The notes under the pieces: generated by a model
The model's input: the letters and a program-made list of their open reading frames with translations, nothing else
What the model was told of the DNA's origin: nothing
Databases searched by the model: none
In this document: piece after piece, positions 12,936 to 25,949 of the stretch
How positions within the stretch are numbered: position 1 is the first letter of the stretch
Layout of the letters: each line of letters opens with the position of its first letter
Translations under genes and position numbers: made by a program
Assembly (NCBI RefSeq): GCF_009914755.1
Contig: NC_060933.1
From: the human T2T-CHM13v2.0 reference genome, Homo sapiens
Reading direction: 5' to 3' (one strand)
Length of the DNA stretch: 64,000 nt

Positions 12936-13901
12936 ACTGAAAGTGAAGGGGTGGAGACAGCTATTTTTAATGCAGCCTAAAACCAGATGAGAACAGGAGT
13001 AGCTATATTTTTATCAGTTAAATAGATCACAAACCTAAGATTGTAAAAATACATAAAGAAAGTCACTATGTAATGATAAAGGGCTCAATTCAGCAAGAGG
13101 ATACAACAATAATAAATATCTCTGCACTCAACTCCAGAGCTCTCAAATATGTAAGGCAAATATTAACATATCTAAAGGGAGTGATAGACTGAAATACAAT
13201 AGTTAGGGACTTCAAAACCCTACTCTCACTGATGGACAGATAATCCAGACAGAAATCTGTAAGAAACGTCAGGGTTAAACTACATGCTAGACAACATTAG
13301 GCCTGACATTTACAGAGCATTTTATCCAACTGTGGCAGAATACACATTTTTCTTATCATCACATGAACATTCTTTAAAATAAAATTATTTAAAGCCACAA
13401 AACAAATCTTGACACTTGTTTCACACTTCAAGCCTTGATTACTACTTTTCAGAAAAGTAAAACTTACATCAAATATCTTTTCTGGGCACAATGAAATGAA
13501 ACTAGAAATCAATAACAAGAGGAACCTTAGAAACTACACAAACACATAGAAATTAACATGCTCCTGAACAATCAATGGATCAATGAAGATATTAAGAAGG
13601 AAATTTAAACTTTGTTGAAACAAATGAAAGTAGAAATAAAACATACCAAAATCTGTAGGGTACAGCAAAAGTGGTACTAAGAGTGAAGTTTATAGCAATA
13701 AATGCCTATCTCAAACAAGTAGAATACTTCAAATTAACAACCTAAAATTACACCTCAAGGAACTAGTAAAATAAGAACAAACAAAACCAAAGTTAGAAGG
13801 AAAGAAATAATAAAGATCAGAGCAGATATAAATAAAATTGAGACTAAAATAATATAAAATTTCAACAAAAATAAAGTCTGTTTTTTGAAAAGATAAACAA
13901 A

Positions 13902-14210
13902 GGCTGAGCATCTTGGCTCATGCCTGTAATCTCAGCACTTTGGGAGGCCAAAGTGAGAGGATCACTTGAGCTTAGGAGTTCAAAAACAACCTGAACAATA
14001 TGGTGAAACCTCATCTCTACAAAAGACACAAAAGTTAGGCAGGTGTGGTGGTGCACACCTGTAGTCCAAGCTACTTGGAATTTTGAAGCAGAAGGATCAC
14101 TTGAGCCCTGGAGGTGCAGGTTGCAATAAGCCAAGATCATGCCTTTTCACTACTCCAGCCTAGGTGACACAGCAAGATTCTGTCTCAAAAAATAATAATA
14201 ACAATAATAA
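13902..14210 (+). mobile_element. AluJ inside L1 ORF2
   Basis: Dimeric Alu with ggatcacttgagc J-type diagnostics, CpG-depleted, (AAT)n tail, partial TSD aagataaa. Confidence 0.92.
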
Positions 14211-17200
14211 GATAAAATCAACCAAGCTTTTGCTAGATTAAAAAAAAGACCCTAACAAATAAAACGAAAAATAAAAAAGAACACATAAGACAAAGACCAT
14301 GGTAATATCAAGAATCACTGGAGAGCATTATAAACAACTATACACCAACAAATTGGAAAACTTACAGGAAATGAATAAATTCCTGGACATGTACAATTTA
14401 GAAATAGCACATACAAATAGAAAACCTGAACAAACCAATAACTAGTAAGAGTAATGATATTAAAACCATAATAAAATATCTTCCATTAAAAAAAGCCCAG
14501 GACAGCATAGCTTCACTGCTGAGTTCTATAAAACATTTCAAGAAATGATACCCATTCTACTCAAACTTTTCAAAAAAAAAAAAAACAGAAGGGGAGGGAA
14601 TACTTCTAAACTCATTCTATGAATCCAGAGTTACTCTGATACCAAAACCAATCAAGGACACAACAAAGAAAGAAAACTACAGGCCAATATGCCTGATGAA
14701 CATTGATGCAAAACCTTAACAAAATACTAGCAAACCAAATTCAATAACGCATTAAAAAATTAGTCACCATAATCAAATGAGATTCATCCCAGAAATGCCA
14801 GGAGGACACACCATACACAAATCAATAAATGTGATATACCACATTAACAGAAGCAAAAACAAAAACCATTTGATCATTTTAATAGATTCTGAATAAATAT
14901 TTGACAAAATTCAACATCTCCTCATGATTAAAAAAAAAAACCCCACTCAACAAACAGGGTATAGAAGGAACATACCTCAAAACAATAAAAACCGTATATG
15001 ACAAACCCCCAGCTAATATCATACTGAATAGGGAAAAATTGTAAGCCTTTATTCTAAGATCTGGAACAAGACAAGGATGCTCACTTGCACCAGCTTTGTT
15101 CAACATAAAACTTACATAGTTGTTAGAAAAAAAAATTTTAAAGTATTGTAAGAAAAATACAACTACCAAAATTGACATAAGAAAAAATGAAAAATCTGAA
15201 GCGTCCTAAACTGTTTTAAAAAATAAATGTATAAATTAAAAAAAAAAAAACTTACCACAAAGAAAACTGCAGGTCCAGATTGCTCACCAGAAAATTGCAG
15301 CAAATGCCTAAGTAAGAATTAGTGCAAATCTCAGTTCTAGCCAGAGCTCTCTGACAAGAGAATGAAAGAGCATTCAAATTGGAAAGGAAAAAGTCAAATT
15401 AGCTTTGTTTGCAGATGACATGACCTTATTTTGAGAAAACCCTGAATACTTTACCAAAAACTGTTAGAATGAATAAATGAATTCAGTAAAGTTACAGAAT
15501 ACAAAATCAACATATGAAAATCAGTAGCATTTCTATAGACCAACAGGAAGCAATCTGAAAAATAAATCAAGAATGTGATCCTATTTACAATAGCTACAAA
15601 ATATATGAAGCTTCAGATTTCTACAAGCAAAATTATAAAACTCTGATGAAAAAAACTGAAGAGGATGCAAAAATGGTATGATGTTCCAAGCTCATGGATT
15701 GGAAGAATATTGTTAAAATATCAATACTATCCAAACTAATCTGTACAAAGCCATTCTTCACAGAAATAGAGGAAACATTCTAAAAATGTACATGAAACCA
15801 CAAAAGACCTCAAATAATCAAATAAATCCTGAGCAAAAGGAAAAGCTGGAGGCATCACACTACCTGAATTCAAAATACACAGTGCTGTAGTAACCAAAAC
15901 AGCATGGTGCTGACAGAAAAACAGAAACATAGTTCAGTGGAACACAATACAGAACCCAAAAATAAATCTATGCATTTACAACCAACTCATTTTCAACAAA
16001 GTGACCAAGAACATGCCTTGAGGAAAGGACAGTCTCTTCAATAAATGGTGTCAGGAAAACTAGATAATCACCTGCAAAAGAATGAGACTTGACCCCTATC
16101 TCTCACCACATACAAAAATAAATCAAAATGGATTCAAGAATTAAATCTAAGACATGAAACTATTAGAAGAAAACATTGGGAAAATAATTCAAGACATTGG
16201 TCTGGGCACAGATTTTTTTAGTAAAACCTCAAAAGCACCAGCAACAGAAGCAAAAATAGGCAAATGGGATTAAATCAAGCTAAAAAGCATCTGCACTACA
16301 GGGGAAACAATCAGCAAAGTGAAGAGACAACCCAAGGAGTGTGAGAAAATATTTGCAAACTATCCATCTGACAAGGGATTAATAATAATAATATATAAGT
16401 AACACAAAAATACTCACAAAAAAATCCTACTTTAAATGAGCAAAATACCTTAATAAACATTTCTCAGAGGAAGACATACAAATGACAAAAAGTCTATGGA
16501 AAAAAAAATGCTCAAAATCACTAATCTCAGAGAAATGCAAATCAAAACCACAATGAAATATCATTTCACCCCAGATAAAATGACTTTTATCAAAAAGACA
16601 AGAAACAACTAATGTTGGTGAGGATGTGAAGAAAAGGTAATGCTTGTATACTGTTGTTAGGAATATAAATTAGTACAGTCACTTTGGGAAACACTATGTA
16701 GGTTCCTGAAAAATCTATAAATAGTACTACCATATGACCTATTACCAATCCCACTACTGGGTATATATCCAAAAGAAAGAGAATTAATATATTGAAGAGA
16801 TATCTGCTCTCACATTTTTATTACAACACTATTCACAATAGTCAAGATATAGAATCAACCTAAGCGTCAATCAACAGATGAATGGATGAAGAAACCGTGG
16901 TATATATACACAATGGAATATGATTAAATCAAAAAAAAAAATGAATGAAATCTTGTCATTTGCAGCAGTATGGATGGGATTGGAGGTCGTTATGTTAAGT
17001 AAAATAAGCCAAGCACGGAAAGACATATGTCATATGTTCTCACTCATATGTAGGAACAATTGAAATGGGAAAAGTTCCCTTGTCCCCCTCACAGAGCATG
17101 TGACGGGGGAGTGGCTCGCTTCTTCAGTGCCTCTTGCCTGGCTTTGGATCCTTCAGACCTGATTTTTCTTCCTAGTCCCTCAGCCTGAAGTTTTGAATCG

Positions 17201-17824
17201 AGTTTGAGATTGAAAAGGTAATTTTAGAGGCTGTTTGTATCTGTTTAGAGCGTCACGAGTGCCCTGCCAAATTTGCAGTTATCAGCCAGCAGGGGTTGCT
17301 CCTCCTTTAACTTCCCTATCAGAAACGGAGTGCTGGTAGCTGGGGAGTCCTCTCATTTAGAAAAAAAAAAGAGAGAGAGAGAGAGAAAGAAAAACAGTTT
17401 AAGGGGCAAAGTGGGGAGACCCTGGGGGAAGAACTTCTTGCTCAGTGAAAGTGGGCCCCTTTAATCCTTACATCTTTTCCCTGGTTCAGACCAGGTTAAA
17501 TTCCTTAGCCAGGGGAGAAACAACCCGTTGGCGCAGTGGGTGAGAAGCAGCCCTCTGTTGGCCCTGTGGAATCGCGGCTACCGCTGTGGCTTTCTCCCAC
17601 CCCGCCACGTGGCTGTTTGGTTTGGCCTTTGCGGGCTGCAGGCACGCCCAGTTGCCCGAGCTGGGAGGGGAAAAGATAAGGAGAGGTGTCCTGAACCTTG
17701 CGTGCCTGTGGCTGTCGAGGTGCAGGCATACATGGCTGCTTTTTAGTCTCTTGTTTTTGGGATTTGGCAAGAGTACCCTTACCTAGGTGGATGGTAAAGT
17801 TAGAGGTGGGCATAATTGGTCTGA

Positions 17825-18289
<465 letters not shown>

Positions 18290-18401
18290 TTAAAACTCCC
18301 TGAAGGGAAACAGCCTCTTACCCTCAGGAAAGAAAGGTGGCAGGGTTTTGTTAGAGAGACATACCCGACAATTTCGCATTCGTTCACACTCACCTTCTGC
18401 A

Positions 18402-18418
18402 ATCCTAGACAAGCCCCA
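18402..18418 (-). other. Retroviral primer-binding site, tRNA-Pro-like
   Basis: Minus strand TGGGGCTTGTCTAGGAT, 2 nt after the LTR end, resembles TGGGGGCTCGTCCGGGAT; splice donor AAG|GTGAGT follows at 18393. Confidence 0.7.
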
Positions 18419-21344
18419 GTTGAAACTGGAAAAGTTCACTTGTCCCCCTCGCGTGCGACAGGGGAAGTGGCTTGCTTCTTCAGTGCCCCGCTGCTCAGAC
18501 CTCTAGGGGAAGCATGCAGACGGGCAGGTTGTGGGGCTCTGACTCCACAGCAGCATCTAAGGTTGAATGTTTACAGCTCCTGAATCCCCAGTGGGTGTGT
18601 GTTACAGGCTACTCTTCTAGTTTTGCCATCCATAGGCGGCTTGTGTTAGTCAGCTCAATTAGACCCCTTTCTTATTACAAAGACAGAGCGCTTTCTGTAT
18701 CTCGCGGTTCTTGCTTTGGTGTACGGGAAGAATTGGATCACAAGTGGGCTTGGAGAATGAATGCAAGGTTTTAATGAGTGGAGGTAGCTCTCAGCAAAAG
18801 AAGGGAGATGGAATGGGAAGGTGGTTTTTCCCTGGAGTCGGGCCTGTCAGGGACCCCGACTCTCCTCTGACCGCCCCAGCCAAACTCCATGTAATTCCAC
18901 TGGTCGGTGGCCTGACGGCCTGCTGGTGCCAGTTAGTGCTCTTCTGCCGAGATGCCCCTCTGGACATCCTCTCAACGTCCAGCCGCTTGTGTGTTCTTCC
19001 GCTGGTGTATTCCTCCTGACGTCCAGCCTCTTCTGTGCATGCGCGGTAGGGTCTCAAGGTTTTTATAGGCACAGGATGGAGGTGTGGCGGTCCAGGGTGG
19101 TCTTGGGAAATGCAACATTTGGACACGAAAACAGAAATGCCTGTCCTCACCTAGGTCCGCTGGCACAGGCCCAGGAGTGCAGCCCTAGCCAGGGACCCGA
19201 CTTTTTCTACCCAGCACTTCCCTGCCCTCCTCCAGTATCACTATGAAAGTGGATTTTATGAAGATAGAGGGTAAATCAGTGATTACCAGAGGAAGGGAAG
19301 GGTAGGAATGAGAGGGGAATGAAGATAGATTGATTAATGAATACAAAGAAACAGTTAGATAGAAGAAACAAGATACAGTGTTTGATAAATCAGTACAGTG
19401 ACTATAGCAAAAATAATCTATTGTACATTTCAAAATAACTAATAGAGAATAATTTGAATGTTCACAGGATAAAGAATAGATAACTGTTTCAGGTGATGGA
19501 CATTCCAATTATTCTGATTTGGTTATTACACATTATATGAATATATCAAATATCAAAATATAACTCACATGTACCCTTAAAATATGTGCATCTATCACCT
19601 GTCAGTAAAAAGAAAGAGAGAAAGAGAGAAAATGAGTTTTAAGTAATAAGCTCTAATTTTCTGTTTGGCAAAGATATTATAGTTTGCAAAGATTGGCAAG
19701 CTGTAGTTGCAGAGAAAGAGACCCAACCATGAGCTGTAGACAAGAGGAAAATCTGGTAAAACTGTAATGAAAATTTCTTGAAAATATCTATGAAAACCTT
19801 TAATGAACCCAGACTTTACCTAGAAAAGTAGTAATGTGCGTGCTCCCCCATCTTCATCCCAGTACTTTTCATTAAAAGTACATTTTCTCAACACATTATG
19901 TCTGAAATGTAATGGAAATCTATGCAATCATTAAAATGAGGGATAATAAGAATATTTAATGACATACAAAATGTTCAAAATGTATTGTTAATAAAGCTGC
20001 AAGTGAGTAAAATAGTAGATGTTGTAATTTTTGGATAAAAGCGCATGCTTAAATTATTGCAAATTCACATGTATCTCAAAATGCTAACAGTTGTTATCTG
20101 CCGGATAAATTATAGATAAGGCTTATTTTAGACTATATTGTATTTCTATAAGGAACTCATTGCTTTTATAGTCAGTCAACAATAATTAAAAAGAAAATAC
20201 TGGGAAACAGTATAGAATTTTTAACTTTTTATTTTTGGATTTTAACTCTTATTTTCATCTTCTTTTTTAATACCTTTCCCAAAATTTGAACAGTATTTGC
20301 ATTACTTTCATATCAGAAAATTTGTTTCAAAAATCACATAGGATTAACATTTCACACATTGTCATTACGCTACATGATGACCTTATTAAGTTTTTAGCAT
20401 TCTTTTTCTGAATAATTTAAATAATGCAATTATATTTTTCTATTATGTTTTTATTGTCATTCATGGCTTAATTTGTTCCAGCTTATATGCCTTTGGGACA
20501 TCATTTCTGAGCCTTTTTGCTCAGAGAAAGAGAATGAATAGGTCTGTGCTCTTTATAAATATAACTTAAATAATATATTTCTGTATCTCCATCCCTCCTT
20601 CCATCCTTTGACTATGATTTTGTCAGGTTGAATGATTTTTAAAAATACCTTCTATAAAATTAAATTCCCTATTGACCATTCAAACAATTAAGAGTGAATG
20701 TTAAGTACTTTTCACTTCTCTACATTCTAGCTAGATGATTATTTTCCTGTCACACTGAGTTTATATTCTCTCAACAAGATCCATGCTACAACCCAATGTC
20801 TTGGGAGTCATTAAGGCCCCTTGAAAAATTCAAGACTCTCCTTCTGGCATTTTGCAATTATAATACACAGGTGACACATGCTCACAGTTCTCCCTTTATC
20901 AAAGCTACAAGCCTAACCACCACTGCACAGAACAGACAGCAAATGTAAAAATTATTTTGATTCAAATTTGTTTCATACCGTCTTGGTATTTTAAAATTTT
21001 TAATATTGATATAGCAAATAGACTATATTTAAAAATAGTTAACATACTAAATATATATGTATTTGGAAAGGGGAGAAGAGAAATATAGTAATCGCTCTGG
21101 AGGACTTTCACAGTGAAGAATGTTTGCAGTTGCAGAGCCGCAAATTTGGTGAGCCAAAGGTTCTCAGGTATTAACTATCGGTTCACCTTAATTTTTTTTA
21201 AATAATCCACAATTGTGTTAAAATTCCTTTCAAATCAGTGCAAGAATTATCAAACAAAATGTTGCAAAGATGCTTTTTATTTTCTTAATTTTGTAAGCAA
21301 TCAGGTAGCTAAGTAGAAGACCTTATTTAATTCCCAAATCAGTG

Positions 21345-24019
21345 CAGGAATACCTTGGAGATACTGGGGGTTTAGTTCCAGACCACAATAAAGTACATAT
21401 TGCAATAAAGCGAGTCACTTGAAGTTTTTGGTTTCAAAGTGCACATAAAAGTTATGTTTGTAGACTCTTCTGTAGTCTACAAAGTATGCAATAGCATTAT
21501 GTCTATAAAAACAATGTAATACCATAACTAAAAATAATTTATTATTAAAAGATGCTAATAATGATCTCAGGCTTGAGCAAGTCATAATCTTTTCACTGAT
21601 GGAGGGTCTTGTTTTGACATTGACGGCTGACGTATCGGAGTGGTGGTTGATGAAAGCTGGGGTGGTTGTGGCAATTTTTAAAAATAAGACAATAATGATG
21701 TTTGCCATATCAATTGACTTTTCCCATTCATGTAAGATTTCTCTGAAGCATGCAATGATGTTTGATAGCATTTTACCAATAGAACTTCTTTCAAAATTGG
21801 GTATCAATCTTCCCAAATCTTGCTGCTGCTTTATCAACTAAGTTTATGTAATATTTTAAATTATTTATTTTCATTTAAATAATGTTCATAGCATCTTCAC
21901 CAGGAGAAGATTCCATCTCAATAAACCACTTTCTTTTCTTATCTATAAGAAGCAACTCTTTATCCATTAAAATTTGATCCTGAGATTGCAGCAACTCAGT
22001 CACATCTTCAGGCTCCATTTTAAATTCTAGTTCTCTTGCTATTTCTACCATATTGGCAGTGACTTCCTCCACTGAAGCCTTGAGGCCTTCAAAGTCACCC
22101 CTGAGGGTTGGAGTCAACTTTTTCCAAACTCTCATGTTAATGTTGATATTTTGACCTCCTCCCATGAATTATGTATGTTCTAAATGGCATCTGGAGTGGT
22201 GAATCCTTTCCAGAGGTTTCCTTCAATTTACTTTTCTCATATTCATCAGAGAAATCACTATCTATGGCAGCTAAACTTATAAAATGATTTTTTTTTTTCA
22301 GAGATAAGGTCTCCCTCTGTCACCCAGGCTGGAGTGCAGTGTCACCATCACAGCTGCCTGGTACTCTTGAGTGTTCCTCCCACCTCAGTATCCCAAGTCA
22401 CTGGGACTACAAGCATGCACCACTACGCCTGGCTACTATTTTTTATATTTTGTAGAAACAATCTTGCTTTGTTGCCCAGGCTGGTGTCAAACTTCTGGCT
22501 TCAAGTGATCCTTCTGACTCAGCCTCCCAAAGTTCTGGGATTACACACATGAGCCACACTGTTCCCAGCCTGAAATGTATTTCTTAAATAATAAGATGTA
22601 ACAGTCAAAATTACTCCCTGATCCATGGACTCCAGGATGAATGTTATATTAGCAGGCATGTAAACAACATTAATCTCCTTGTACATCTCCATCAGAGCTC
22701 TTGGGTGTATTGTCAATCAGCAGTGATATTTTGAAAGGACTCTTTTTCTGAGCAGTAAGTCTCAACAGTAGGTTTAAAATATTCAGTACATGATGTTATA
22801 AACAGATATGCTGTCATTCAGGCTTTGTTGTTCAAACTTTACAGAGAACAGGTTAAGTAAATACAGCATAGTTCTTAAGGTCCCTAGTATTTTTAGAGTG
22901 GAAAATGAGCATTGGCTTCAACTTAAAGCCACTAGCTTAAGACCCTGATAAGAGAGTCAGCCTGTCCTTTGAAGTTTTAAACCAGGTCTTGACTTCTCCT
23001 CTCTTGCTATTGAACTTCTAGGTGGCATATTCTTCCAATATAAGGCTGTTTAATCTCCATTGAAATTCTGTTGTTTCATGTACCTTTAGCAATGATCTTA
23101 ACTAGATCTTCTGGATAATTTGCTGCAGCTTCTACATCAGAATTTGTTGCTTCACCTTGTACTTTTACATTATAGAGATAGATTATTTCCTTAAACCTCA
23201 TGAACCAACTTCTGCTAGCTTGAAAATTTTTCTGCAGTTTCCTCACCTTTCTCAGCCTTCACAGAATTGAAGAGAGTTAAGACTTTGTTCTTGATTAGGT
23301 TTGAGCCTGAGGGAATGTTGTGGCTGGTTTGATCTTCTCCCCAGACCACTGAAAATTTCTCCATATCAGCATTAAGGCTGTTTTGCTTTCTTATCATTTC
23401 TGTGTTCCCTAGAGTAACACTTTGAATTTCCTTCAAGGACTTTCTCTTTGCTTTCACAACTTGGCTAACTGTTGCAGGAGATGTGACTTTCAGCCTGTCT
23501 TGGCTTTCAATATGCCTTTCTCACTAAGCTTAATCGTTTCTAGGTTTTGAATTACAGTGAGAGACATGCAACTCTTCCTTTCACTGGAACACTTAGAAGC
23601 CATTGTAGGGTTATTAATTGGCCTAATTTTAATATTAGCATACTTCAGGGAATAGGAAGGCATGAGGAGAAAGAAAGAGATGGGGAATGGCTGGTCAGTG
23701 GAACAGTTAGAACACACAGAACATTTATCAATTAAGTTTGTCAACTTTTATGATGTGGTTTGGGGTACATTTAAACAATTACAATAGTAATATCACAGAT
23801 CACTGATCACAGATGAACATAACAGATATAAAAATAATGAAAAAGTTTTCAATATTGTGATATTACCAAAATGTGACACAGAGACATAAAGTAAGCACAT
23901 GCTGTTGGAAAAGTGGCACTGATAGACATGTTCATCACAGGGTCGTCACAAACCTTCAATTTATTAAAAAAAACTGCAAAGTGCAATAAAGTGAAGTGCA
24001 TTAAAGTAAGATATGCCTT
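21345..24019 (-). mobile_element. Full-length Tigger1 DNA transposon (TcMar/pogo)
   Basis: Terminal repeats caggaataccttgg / taagatatgcct; transposase remnants in ORFs 23215..23457, 22519..22716 ([22 protein letters not shown]...MDQGVI) and 21875..22165; ~2.4 kb without the Alu. Confidence 0.95.
22288..22570 (-). mobile_element. AluJ inside Tigger1
   Basis: Poly-T head, J-type diagnostics, degenerate TSD taaaatgatt / tgaaatgtatt. Confidence 0.9.
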
Positions 24020-24577
24020 TTCTTGGAGGCAGTTGAAACCATAATTAGAATTCACATGGATACCAAATAATCCATGAAATTATTGTATGGGCAGATCCAA
24101 CCTTCCACCTCAGTTTGTACCTCAGCCATCAGCATAAATTTAGACAACCAGAGTCTATTAAATAATCCAGACACACTTAGGAGGAGAAGTACAGCATGAC
24201 TAAAATCTTGAAGGATTACAGATTACTTTCATATTGTATTGATATTGTTGATGTGTCATTATCAGTTAATATTTGGAAACTTAGGAAATATCCTTTCATC
24301 CTGGGGAGCAAACTGCCTAGAAACAACTCTCCAAAAGAACTTTTCACCAGAATTCCAATGGGAACCATCAGCACAGTTAACTCCAATCATTCCTCTCTTC
24401 TACAGTCCACATCGAGCACATTGCTTTGAAAAATTTGTGCACCTCTGAATCCTTCTCTCAATTCTGATTAGAACATCTTCTTTGTGCATTCTCTTTTTAC
24501 CTCTGAACCTCCTTTATGTTCCTAACTTTACTTGCACCCTCCAGAGCTACAATTGACCATAATCCAACTCCCCTTCT

Positions 24578-25008
24578 ATGGTATAGCTGATTATTCATTT
24601 ATTTATTTTACTCCTGTGGGAGTGGCATGCTTCTTCACTCCATTGATATTGGACTTGTCTGTCTGACTTGCTTTGGATAATGAGATCTTAGTGGTCATAT
24701 ATAAAGCAGCAGAAGCACAACGTATACTTTTTCCGCTGGGCTACTGTTCCCTTGCACCTCTGGCACTGCCCTGAGAAGAGCGTACTTGTAACTTATATAC
24801 CTTGTACCATAGGTCTATCATTCTCTGTCTAAGGGGGAGGATAATATACGTATGGTACAAGGATGTCCTATGTAAGTTGACTGAGCCAAGTCCAGCATAG
24901 ATAAGCCAACCCCATCCACCAGAGACACATACATTAAATAAATCCTTACTAATGTATACTTTTAGATTTTTGAAATCCATTGTTATTCAGCAATAGCTAA
25001 TTTATTCA
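24578..25008 (+). mobile_element. MaLR LTR (MLT1I/J-like)
   Basis: ccattgatattggacttgtctgtctgacttgctttgg ... tgttattcagcaatagctaa. Confidence 0.7.
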
Positions 25009-25111
25009 TCTACTCTTAACTCTTTCTTTACCATCTGACCTTAGGTGACACACACTTCTTACCTCAATTATACCACTTCTGCTGAAGTATTCTGAAGTAA
25101 AAACTGATTTT

Positions 25112-25244
25112 CCTAATGTGGATGATGGGTTGATGGGTGCAGCAAACCACTATAGCACATGTATACCTATGTAACAAACCTGCACGTTCTGCACATGTAC
25201 CCCAGAACTCAAAGTATAATAATTATTTTAAAAAGCCAAAAAAA
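25112..25244 (+). mobile_element. Severely 5'-truncated L1PA (L1PA7/8-like) 3' end
   Basis: gatgggtgcagcaaaccac...gtaacaaacctgcacgttctgcacatgtaccccagaac; TSD aaaaactgattttcct (25099-25114) / aaaaaatgattttcct (25239-25254). Confidence 0.92.
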
Positions 25245-25949
25245 TGATTTTCCTTTGGGTTGTGTACTACAGGGAAAGAAGGCACATTTGGAGTTCTTGA
25301 AGTCCAATGTCAATTCTAGATAATTGAAGTTTTTCAACCTCTTGCAAAAGCTCCTCTTCCTTCAAGTCTTATTATTTGTATTGTGTCCCTTGTCATACAC
25401 ACAATTTGCTGCTGCTATGAAAAGGGCCAGCTCATTCTCTGTTACTCATTATAACACTTGGCATATGTGATAGTCTTTCTCTTTTTCTCAACATCCTGCC
25501 ATTGTCCTGGGTGACTCTGGCATCAAAAAAAAATTCAGCCACGTTCCTAGCTTTCAGTGTCTTAAGCTCATCATCTCCAGTGGCTAAAACAAAACAGATA
25601 CCCAATAAACATGAGTTATTTTCATTTTCCTTTTTATTTCTTATAATAGCCTTTATTTCTACTTTACTTGAGCTACCCAATCCTTGATCCTTAACCCTAT
25701 TTTCTATATTCTTAATATGATTCTCTGTTTCTATCTCTCACTCCTTTACTACTAATGGCACCTGCCCTTCAAATCTATCAAGAGCTCCTGTCTCTATATT
25801 TTCTCCTTTATCCACTACTGTCAGGCTCCTGTATCAGTTCTTTCCCTGCTCAGCCTGGAATACATGTTTTACCACTTCAACTGTCTCTTAATAAGGTCCC
25901 TTTTTCTCTTTTTCTTTTCTATTATACCCATTCCACAATGCAAATGCTC

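Noticed and set aside
21875-23744. Transposase ORFs as a domesticated TIGD/CENPB-like gene
   Set aside because: Fragmented across frames, interrupted by an AluJ and still bounded by terminal repeats.
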